Positions 1 through 9,137 of a stretch of 29,873 nt of DNA are shown here, piece by piece. The notes beneath the pieces were generated by a model. It did no database searches and was not told where the DNA came from. It saw nothing but the letters and a program-made list of their open reading frames with translations. The stretch spans positions 1 to 29,873 of the forward strand of contig BAAFSQ010000110.1 of NCBI GenBank assembly GCA_054661495.1, given 5' to 3'. The DNA is from Zygophlyctis sp. KS116. Lineage: Eukaryota > Fungi > Chytridiomycota. How positions within the stretch are numbered: position 1 is the stretch's first letter; every line of letters begins with the position of its first letter. Both the position numbers and the translations under genes were made by a program.

Positions 1-91
1 TATTTTAAATACATGAGCTAGAATTTCAGTAATTTCAAATAAAAACCAACAACAAAAACATGACTAATAAAAGGCTGCAGTCAAATCTCAT
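1..91 (-). CDS. Possible 5' end of a gene running off the window (MRFDCSLLLVMFLLL|LMYLK..., signal-peptide-like)
   Basis: ATG at 91, a hydrophobic run, and a candidate 29-nt GT..AG intron (about 18-46) that skips an in-frame stop. Too short to identify. Confidence 0.2.
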
Positions 92-96
92 TCTCT

Positions 97-1732
97 TTAA
101 TTATTTGTTAGTACTTTTTCATTACTTTTCGGATTGATTCACGGGTAACTATCGCAGCACGTTCAATGTCCCGCTTGAAATGTCCGGCAGAAATACAGAT
201 CCTTATGGATGGAATAGGATACATTTTTTCCTGGTTTAAGATGTATTTGGATCGGGTTAAGAAAACGCCATCTTTGGAAGCCTAAAATCAGACAATTAAA
301 GAGCGTTACATTGTCTACAATCTCTTGAAGAACTTTATCTTCCTGAAATCGATCAGCCATTCTATGAGCCAGCATTATATGAAATAATGGCGACTCTTCT
401 GGCCCGTCGTGAATAATGATTTTAGAACTGGCCTGCTTAACAATTCCGCGAAATAATATTGAATTATCTTTAATATCCTTCATTAATGACCCCCCTGATT
501 TCCTCAGAGCGTTTAAGCCTTCGATAGCAGTAACAGTTAGTATAGCAGGCAAAGAAGCCGAAAACGTAAAAGCTTGTCCGTAGAGTCTCTGATGCTTCAC
601 CACTTCCTCTGATCCAGCGCAGAATCCACCAGCGGCTCCAATGGCATTTGCCAGGGAAGCGGCAATTATATCTACTTTTCTTGGCTAAATTTTACATGTG
701 ATAAAGTTACATCAATAGAAAAAAAATCCGTGATTCCAGCACCCTTCTCTCCCAACGTCCCAAACGACATACTTTCTTCAACAATCAACCTAAATTTATA
801 CTTTTCCTTCAACTCAATCTAATATTATAAACATTAAAATACCAGCTCCGGAAGAGGACAAACATCACCAGTATTTGCGTATAATCCCTCTACAATTATA
901 AACTTTCTGGTAACTTTTTTCTTTTTCTATAATTTAAAAATTAAAAAATACACTAGCTTCTTCCTTGCATATTTTAATTAAAATGTTCTCCAAATCATTC
1001 AAATCATTATGCTTAAAATAAGTCATATTTGCGCGTGAAATTGCAACACCTTTTTGAATTGCCAAACTCACAGAATCATCAACAACAACAAAGTCCCCCC
1101 TTTTAGCAAAAGCCGGAATTGCACTAGAAATGCACGAGAACCCCTGAGAGTATATGATAGCAGCATCAACATTTAAAAAATTTGCAATTGACTTTTCCAA
1201 TTCTATGTGAACATCTAGAGTACCATAAAACCCAGGTGGCCCACAAGTACCTACTCCATACTTTTTTAGTGCTGATAGAACTGATTCCTTTATTTCTTCA
1301 TTATTCAAGAGTCCAAGAAAATTAAAACTTGCAAAATTCAATCGTTCTTTTCCCTTTAAGTAAAATCATAAAATAAATACATCTGCCAATTTAACCTTTA
1401 GCCCCACCGGACCATGAATCACTGGGATTTTTTCCAACTCGAATTTCTGCCCTTCAGACAAGTCTGCCACCAGGGGTTCAGGCTCCCATTCATCAATTAG
1501 TTCCTGAATTTCTTGCTCTGATAGTTTAATTTTTTGTGAGTCTTCAGGCTTTGAGTTTGAAAAATACCAAATCAAGAAAATCACTAGTAAAACCTCCAAA
1601 ACAGTTCTAAAAGGATCGTTTTGATAAGAATTCTTAATGTATTTATAGACTATTTTAGATCCTTTGATTAATGCATGCTTGGGTACCTGGAACGTTGAAA
1701 ATTGTCTTTAGAAATTCAGTTTCTTCAAACAT
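97..1732 (-). CDS. LCB1: Serine palmitoyltransferase subunit 1 (LCB1/SPTLC1)
   Basis: The spliced product contains [45 protein letters not shown] and [14 protein letters not shown] introns at 1662-1686, 1354-1380, 927-951, 819-842, 685-710 and 282-309 restore a single frame from ATG 1732 to TAA 97. Confidence 0.93.
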
Positions 1733-1816
1733 TTCAGATATTTATATAGGAATAAAAGTCCTTTATTATTAGAATTTATTCTCCTAATAACATTGCGCGC
1801 GACACGAACTCTCAGG

Positions 1817-3921
1817 ATGCTGGCCACAGCAAAAAATGAAGAGATTGCTGCATTAAAGATACAAAGATGCTGGAGGATCAGGAAAAAGCAGGCTCGACTA
1901 GCCCAAGAAAGAAGGAGAAAAATAGCATCAGATGTTAAATCTAAAGTACTAGAAGAAATGTCAAATTTGGAATTAGATTTGAAAGAAAATACTCAAGTCT
2001 CAAGGATTTTAGGGTTTCTTCAAGACTCATTGGTAGAGTCCGAAACTAATGAAATTGTAGCGGTGGATGATGCAGAAAGTGTTTTTGAAAATGTAAAATC
2101 CAAAATGATTGGGCAGCAAATTGAAATCGAGGAACAAAATAGGCAATTAATTCTATTAAAGGAAGAGTTGAAAAGGATTAAACAAGAAATTAAAATTCAA
2201 CAAGAGCAGCATTCGTTAGATATCAAGTCAAAATTAAATTTACAGAGAAAAGAATATGAAACCATCATTAAAAGACATTTGGCGTTTATAGATAATCTAC
2301 TTTTAGAGAAGCAGGAATTAAGCCAAAAATCTCAAGATCTCTCAATTCAAGTTAAAACAGTCGAAAAGAATTTTTTAGAAAAAATCAAGAATATGCAAGA
2401 GTTTCATACAAAAGACTTGAAAAATCAAAGAGAGTCGCTTATGGCTAGTGAAAAAATAAAAAGAGACAAGTGGTTACAAGACAAAACAAAAAATATTAAA
2501 GAACAAACAATCAAGGGTCTTGAACCTGAAATTCAAAGGATGTTGAGTGTAATTGGTTCATAACTAAACATAGCAACATAAACAAAATCTACGTGGATTA
2601 GAAGAAAAATTAAGGGAAGAAAATCTTCAAGAAAAGACTCTACTTTTAAATGATCATCAGAGACAGTTGGAAGCTCTAAAACAAACCATGAATTTTGAAA
2701 AGCAAAAGGCTTGTGAAGAAGAGCGTGAATTTGCTAGAAATAGATATCAGAAACAGTTTGAAAGGGATGAAATTGAAGTAATTTTAGTAATAACAAGTAT
2801 AGTTTCAGCATCAAAAGAGAAAAAATATGGCCGAGTTTGAAGAACAAAAGCATGCTCTTATTTTAAGTCTACGAGAAGAAAAAAAACAAGAACAAGCCTC
2901 ACATAAAGCTGAAATAGATTTGTTAAAAACTCAGTTTAATGAGGATCAAAAAAGGCTTGAATCTTCAATTATAAATCTGAAGAAACATCACGTACAACAG
3001 GTAATTAGTAAACTAAATAAGCCAAAGATGGATGAACAACACGAAAAACAATTAATAGAAAGAGAGCAATGGCAAGAAATGTATATGAAAAAGGTTGAAG
3101 CGGATATTCAGAAAAGAGAGGTATTCAATCTGATAATCTAAAAATAGAAAATATTTAAGGAGAAACTTCTTGCGGATCGAGATAAAGAAATTGAAGCAAT
3201 TATTGAAAAATTAGAGGCTGAAACAAATTCAAGTGCTAGTGATATTACGAGAAAATATAGACTAGAAATCGAAAGGATTAAAGTGACCATGTCTGAAGAA
3301 ATTAAGCAGGTTAATCATATTATTTAAAGATTTAGATTCATGATGAGCACAGCTTGGCTTTGGATAAGATCTTATTATTACAGTCTTCGCTAGAAGATAA
3401 CGAACAAAAAAAGCGAGGATTGCAAAAAGAAATCCTTCAACTTCAAAACCAACTTATGGTCAAAGTACTTTTTATTAATTTATTATTAGGATACAACTTT
3501 GAAAACACAAAAAGAAGAGCTTTCTATTTTGAAATGTAATGAAGGAGAATTATCAAATCAAATACATGCCAGGTTTCAATCAGAATTTGTATCAAAAGAC
3601 ACCAATATTGAAAGGCTTATGACCCAGATTGAAAGCTATAAACGAGATATTGAATCGATTCATTTAAATCATCGAAAACAAATTTTAGATTTAAAGCATG
3701 ATAAGGTAGTATAAGTTTTGACTTATTTTCTAGGAAAGGACAATTTCTGAGCTTGAAGTTCAAGTCAGAAACACAGTTTCGTTAAAAGATGAATCTGCAA
3801 AAGTATTGAAGGAGAAACTCCATGAATCTCAACTCAAAAATGCTCATCTTGAAAAACTTATTGAAAAACAAAGAAAGGTGCAATGCATTCAAATTAATAT
3901 AATTAGGAGATTCTAATGTAG
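1817..3921 (+). CDS. CEP131: Centrosomal/ciliary coiled-coil protein CEP131 (AZI1)-like
   Basis: N-terminal IQ-like motif (AALKIQRCWR), plus QRKEYETIIKRHLAFIDNLL and EKIKRDKWLQDKTKNIKEQTIKGLEPEIQRM, typical of CEP131. Introns 2549-2573, 2778-2802, 3001-3027, 3121-3147, 3310-3335, 3465-3489, 3706-3733, 3878-3906. Stop TAG 3919-3921. Confidence 0.85.
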
Positions 3922-4836
3922 CATGTTAACTGATTGACTGTTAGCATCCTCATATTCCACTTCAATTCGAGATTTCTTTTTCGATTGAACTCTCGGTTCA
4001 TTATCCGAATCACTATCTGTAACCTCATCTATGGCTCCCATCAAATCCTCCATATCACTTTCTTCTTGACTAACATCGGAAAGATATTCTCTAAATTCCT
4101 AGAGTAAATAAAAAAAACATACATCTTCACTTTCATAATCTTCTTCTTCCAACTCATCCAAAGCATTTTTAAAGGCTTCTTGACTTTCATTCATAATTTC
4201 AGTCTCTCCATAAACCCCTTGTCTTAATCTAGTTAACAATTCTTTTTCAATCGATAATTCCAGTCTAGCAGCTGCTTCCGCCTTTAACTCCCTTCTAGCC
4301 TCCCTTTTTTCAATCTTCTTATTAATCCCAACCAGTTTTTGACTAATATTAAATGCATTAAATCTCACCCTCCTTTCAGCTTCATTTTTCTCATTCTGAT
4401 TAGCATCTGCGTCATTTTTGTAAGTCTCTGTTTACACTTGTGAATAATAAATTCCGGCCAATGTTCCAACTCTGTGTTAATCTGCTCAATAGCTTTAGAG
4501 TAATTTTTAGATAACTTGATCTTTTCCCAAAGCTTTGCAGGAGAATGAGCCCTTTCAATCGTCTTCACAAACAAGAATATATTCCCTACTCTTCTTAGCA
4601 TATAATGCATTACCATCGATCGATCGCACAGTAGCATATCTACTATTCGCAAGTGGACAGGATTGCTTTGAGCATAATCCAGTCACTGAATTCTCATTTC
4701 GACAAAAATTTTGGGAAACAGTTCTACTATTAACAAGCTCATATCTTACTTGACTTTGAAGGAGCAAAAGTCGAATGCAATAGTTTTCCAGATCACCTAA
4801 GAATTAAAACAGTAAACTTGCATCATCGCATTGCAT
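3913..4836 (-). CDS. MAK16: 60S ribosome biogenesis factor MAK16
   Basis: Spliced N-terminus MQCDD|[16 protein letters not shown]|[33 protein letters not shown], then [34 protein letters not shown] and an acidic tail. Introns 4797-4821 (GC-AG), 4724-4749, 4586-4613, 4343-4368, 4099-4122. Confidence 0.93.
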
Positions 4837-4856
4837 TGTTGCAATCAAGTATTTTT

Positions 4857-7192
4857 TTAAAACGACAAAATTTGAATTCCAAAATTTACGCCAATCAAAA
4901 TCAAGAGCAAAATCATCATCTTTTTTGAAGACATAAATTCTACAATCTCTCCACTGATTTCAGATACATGTCCTGAGATTCCTATAAAGACAATGGTTGA
5001 AATAATCAAATTGATCCAATACAAGATACTATATGGAACCATTTCACTAAATGGCACGATAACTAGTAAACCTTTAGTATCAGCAGCTAACCAAATATGG
5101 TACTAGAATTAATTTCATAATATTTTACCTGCAAAAGAAACGTCTCTAATGACATGGTACCAATCCAGCACCATAATTCAGAGTTGTGACGTCGCAAATA
5201 ATCATTCCAGTTTCGAAGAATAATAAATCCCAAGATAGGTGCTATTGAGACGATCGGGTGAAATAAATTGTATATAAACTTACTAGGAACGAGAAAATCA
5301 AACACAAAAAATGATAAAATACTTGTTACTGAGCAAATTCGAGCAATCTTTTTCACTTTTTGCCAATTTTCAATACTTTGATTAGGATATGCAAAGATTC
5401 GATCTTTAAGAGATAAAGATGTACTGAGAGGTATAGCTCCAGTGTGTTTATTGAATTCCAAAACGATCCAACTTACAAACATCCCAATATATACTATCCA
5501 TTGGTCTAGCCCTAAGCGAAATTGAGACTCTTTTGCCGCCCAGTCGTCTATTCCAAAAACAAATCTCGAAATATTCAGTAATTCTCTCAGAATAAATGAA
5601 GAATTTATGAATATCCACGTTACCACCATTGATGTGACGATTTTTAAAAAGAGAATTCTGCCATCCTGGTTATACCTATGTCCAATATACATGGTAAAAT
5701 ATACAACCAGAAACCAAAAAGATACCAGAGGTGCAAAATAATAAAATGTTAAAGGCTGATCCATTACATAAGACATGGAAAGTGCGAGTAGATTTAACCG
5801 TAATAATACCTTTGAGACTCTCTGTAAGCTATAGTCCTTCTTTTTAAGAAAGAATGAAAAATGACCATATCCTGTCATAAAAAGATATGATGCAACCAAA
5901 ACTCTAACAAAATTATAGACAACTGAGACTTTAGAGGCACCAACATAGTGGTAAACGAGAATTAATAATTGCATCCATCCTTTCCACTCATTTGTTTGAT
6001 GCCTATTTAAAAAACCACCTTGTTCCATATCCTTGAATGAATAATATCCAGCCCATAAAATAAGGAGAAGCAGAATCATAAATGCTTTCCAACTAAAGCC
6101 CTTTCCTATTTTGAGCAGAAATGGAGATCTATCAGCTATAACGAGATACAACATATAAAAACCCAAGAAAAACAATGCTCTTGAAAACTTATTAATGGAT
6201 TCAGAGCCTTCTAATATATTAAATTTCTAAATTTATCATACCAGTTCTCATAAAATAAATATATAAACCAGCTCCAGACAACACCATTCCCCATGTTACA
6301 AACAATCCAGCCCATCTTGCAGCAGCAGTCTCTACGCAACAAGTTGTTTTCCCTTTGTTTCCAGAATATATCTCTGTGTTACAAATCCCATTCAGATAGA
6401 TATTCAATTCTTGCGAAACAATAGAGTAAGGATAATGCAATCCGTCAGGCCCTGTATTATCTGCTATTTCATAGACAGCATTCATTGATTCAGGTACTAT
6501 AGGAAACTGCAATTTCACTGGAGATACATCACGTAAATATCTATTAAAGAGTGAAAATTCTGAATTCTTTAATGTTTTCTGCCGCTCTGGACTTAAATCG
6601 TCTTCAGTCACTGGTGATATTAGCTTGATCGTGAGTGATGTGACATTTGTATTATTATAGAATGATAAAAGATTATCAATATCCATTGTAAACTGATTAT
6701 ACGCCATATCTCCTTGTAAATTTCGAAGATGCCACAGTCCAGATGAAATTATTAACCTTGAATTACCATTCACTGGAATACTAGAATTAAGATACGGATC
6801 CCATTTAAAAACAATATTTGGCAGATCCGACTTGTTAATCACATCGTATTTATCATCCAGAAATTTCAATTGATAATCATTTTCCGTGGAGAGTTTAAAC
6901 AATATTCTCGCCGCCATGAATAAATTTCTAGCTCTAGAATCTCCCATGAATACCAAACTCTGATTTTGTAAGCATTTTGAGGCATCTGTAAGAGAGTATT
7001 GGTTTATAAGGCAGGTATTTGATAAGTAGTAATTCTGACTACTACAAGTATGGGACAGTTGATCATCGCATGGGATATTAAGCGGTACAATGGTCCCTAT
7101 CTATTAATGACACATTAGATACGATATATTAGTGTTAGCGATACTAAAAACGAGCAGACTCTGAATGCCCAGTTCCAAACCAGTTGAATCAT
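4857..7192 (-). CDS. CAS1: CAS1/CASD1-family O-acetyltransferase (SGNH-like domain plus multi-TM domain)
   Basis: GDSRAR and DGLHY catalytic-type motifs, FLNRHQTNEWKGWMQ, RVLVASYLFMTGYGHF, and SLETFLLQ|YHIWLAADTKG. Introns 7097-7122, 6211-6241, 5103-5128. Confidence 0.9.
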
Positions 7193-7214
7193 GAGTGGCG
7201 TTAAGTCCTAGTCA

Positions 7215-8009
7215 ATGTTTAGCGATCTGTTCAAGAAGAGTTCTTTGCCTTCCTTATTTAAGAACCAAGTGCTATCCAGCGCTCCAATAAATCATGATCT
7301 CAACTTTGGCTTAAAGCATGCACTTCCCAGATCAAATCATGCCTTTGTAACAGTCAAGGAATTGGACGATCCTATTCTAAAAAAGCCAAAACTTTTATCG
7401 GCATGGAGGATTATTGCTAAAGAACAGGTATGGAAGGAAAACTTTGGGAATTTCAAGACTGCAATTAGTTTCTCGGAATCAGTGTCTGCAGATTCAATAG
7501 TAAAGAGTGCAAAATATAAAGATTTATTAAATCAGGCAAAAGTCTCTAGGAAATCAGATTTACATTCATTTATTATAGAAAATATGCCGAAAAGTGTCAA
7601 GAAGAATATTCATCCTCCATGGTTCGATCCAAAAACTCAAGTCGAGGGGTATAGTAAGGTCAAGGGTAGAATATTGAACAAGGTCTCTGGAGGATACTCT
7701 GTAGGAATCTCTGGGATAGTTGCATTTTTGCCAAATGAGTACTATTCTCATCAGGCTATAATTGATCAAATTGCAAAGAGGGCAAAGATGTCGCAAAAGG
7801 CTCATTTAGGACCAGTGACAAGGAAAGTAGATAGGGAATCAGTTTATGAATTTTATGTAGTTTTAGCGAGATATGATCATTTATTAAGACCAGAAGTGAT
7901 TTTATCAACTCTACCGCCTCTAGAACAAGAGAAATTTGATACCACTAAAACACGAAAGAGAAGTGACAATATGATCAATTTAATGAAGATATTGTCTAAA
8001 AAAACTTGA
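7215..8009 (+). CDS. S1-domain protein, probably nuclear-encoded mitochondrial ribosomal protein S1 (bS1m)-like; intronless
   Basis: 264-aa ORF. VKGRILNKVSGGYSVGISGIVAFLP resembles the S1 RNA-binding repeat. The Ser/Leu/Lys-rich N-terminus is compatible with a mitochondrial presequence (inferred). Confidence 0.65.
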   Translation: MFSDLFKKSSLPSLFKNQVLSSAPINHDLNFGLKHALPRSNHAFVTVKELDDPILKKPKLLSAWRIIAKEQVWKENFGNFKTAISFSESVSADSIVKSAKYKDLLNQAKVSRKSDLHSFIIENMPKSVKKNIHPPWFDPKTQVEGYSKVKGRILNKVSGGYSVGISGIVAFLPNEYYSHQAIIDQIAKRAKMSQKAHLGPVTRKVDRESVYEFYVVLARYDHLLRPEVILSTLPPLEQEKFDTTKTRKRSDNMINLMKILSKKT

Positions 8010-8388
8010 TAAGGCCAGTAAAGGAACCAATAGATATATTGTTGATTTTTTCCAAAAAAATTCTTTGATTCTTTGGAACAAATTCTTCGTTTATATTGAG
8101 TCCGGACTTTCCTAGAACCAGGCACTCAAACATTTCATCATCAAAGGAATAAGATATTCTTGCGTGTTCTTTAGCAATGTCCTCGTTGGGAAATATCAAG
8201 TCTGCATCTTTTCCTATCGTGAATGTGAGTTTTTTAATTGGATATATAATGTTTGAACTCTATGCATTTCAGTAAAAATAACAAACAGAAACTCTCCCAA
8301 ATGCAGAATCACAGATTCCTCCACTAGTGCTTGTAAAGCCTTCAGAGACTGAAAATGGACATGGCCCCATTCTTTTACTCAAATTCAT
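7996..8388 (-). CDS. Small stand-alone FHA-domain protein (FKH/FHL1-like FHA)
   Basis: Exon 8388-8287, 27-nt intron 8260-8286, exon 8259-7996. Product includes AFGRVS|SSNIIYPIKKLTFTIGKDADLIFPNEDIAKEHARISYSFDDEMFECLVLGKSGLNINEEFV. Confidence 0.7.
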
Positions 8389-8441
8389 TAAAATTCGGAC
8401 TTTAAAATTAATTTCTCTATTATTAATTCATAAATTAAAAA

Positions 8442-8529
8442 AGCGATCAGCAACAATGCCTTGGTAGGCAGTTTATAATCATGATTCATTAGACCATCGT
8501 GAGATTTTTGTTGAAAACATCATTTCGCT
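8442..8529 (-). ncRNA. snR73: Box C/D snoRNA snR73-like (guides LSU C2959-equivalent 2'-O-methylation)
   Basis: Terminal stem AGCGA/TCGCT, C box ATGATGT, D box CTGA (8450-8447). Guide TCTCACGATGGTCTA before D' ATGA pairs with LSU UAGACCGUCGUGAGA (one G-U); D'+5 falls on the yeast Cm2959 equivalent. Confidence 0.9.
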
Positions 8530-8585
8530 CCAATTTTCAAAAAAACTTACACATTTAGCACTAATTATTAGAAAAAGGAATACAT

Positions 8586-8657
8586 TGGTCAGACTTTTCA
8601 AAGTTCCACATAGTATTTTAAGATATATGCTTGTCTTTTGATAAAATCATCACACCA
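8586..8657 (-). ncRNA. snR74: Box C/D snoRNA snR74-like (SSU Am28)
   Basis: C box GTGATGA (8653-8647), D box CTGA (8592-8589). Guide AGACAAGCATAT (8636-8625) pairs with 18S AUAUGCUUGUCU; the +5 position from D' CTTA falls on A28. Confidence 0.9.
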
Positions 8658-8725
8658 GTAAAAAAATCTTACATTATCACATCTTGAAAAGAATTGAAAA
8701 CCTAGAATGTTACAAAATTGAAATG

Positions 8726-8813
8726 GGCAATCAGAATTTGGCATGAATGTAAAAAAAAAGAGTATCTACAGTGCAAAACGCTTCCGACTCGTCATCGTTT
8801 TCCTCACTTTGCC
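8726..8813 (-). ncRNA. snR75: Box C/D snoRNA snR75-like (LSU Gm2288)
   Basis: Stem GGCAA/TTGCC, variant C box GTGAGGA, D box CTGA (8734-8731). Guide GATGACGAG pairs with LSU CUCGUCAUC (D' CGGA). A second element CATTCATGC pairs with the nearby LSU GCAUGAAUG. Confidence 0.87.
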
Positions 8814-8861
8814 AAATGCAAAACTTACATTAACTGTTCCTAAATATTAGATAATCATAAG

Positions 8862-8945
8862 TCTAGCTCAGCAATGCGTTCATCAGTCATTAAAACATCA
8901 GAGCCCAGTGCAATGGAAATTTAAAAATTTCCCATCATTGCTAGA
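8862..8945 (-). ncRNA. snR76: Box C/D snoRNA snR76-like (LSU Cm2197)
   Basis: Stem TCTAGC/GCTAGA, C box ATGATGG, D' CTGA, D box CTGA (8871-8868). Guide GCACTGGGC pairs with LSU GCCCAGUGC; +5 falls on the third C. Confidence 0.87.
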
Positions 8946-9026
8946 ATTTCAAAAAATACATACCATTTCCTAGATCGAGAAAGATTAATGAGTCATCTAA
9001 AGCCCTGAGTTATTAGTTTGGAAATT

Positions 9027-9109
9027 AAACTCAGAAATCCTTTTACTCATCTATAATCAGACGGTAATTCCAGCGTATAAAGTTTGTGCCAGGAGAAATC
9101 ATCATTGCT
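9027..9109 (-). ncRNA. snR77: Box C/D snoRNA snR77-like (SSU Um578)
   Basis: C box ATGATGA (9105-9099), D' CTGA (9060-9057), D box CTGA (9034-9031). The 13-nt guide GCTGGAATTACCG pairs with 18S CGGUAAUUCCAGC; +5 falls on the U. Confidence 0.92.
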
Positions 9110-9137
9110 TACAACTACTTACATTCATTAATCTAAA

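Noticed and set aside
65-82. Near-identical 18-mer (taataaaaggctgcagtc) also present at about 21155-21173
   Set aside because: A single short AT-rich match, with the second copy at a DED1 exon boundary; most likely chance.
1779-1791. RFX X-box upstream of the ciliary genes CEP131 (ttctcctaataac) and PACRG
   Set aside because: Only degenerate half-site similarity, not distinguishable from background by eye.
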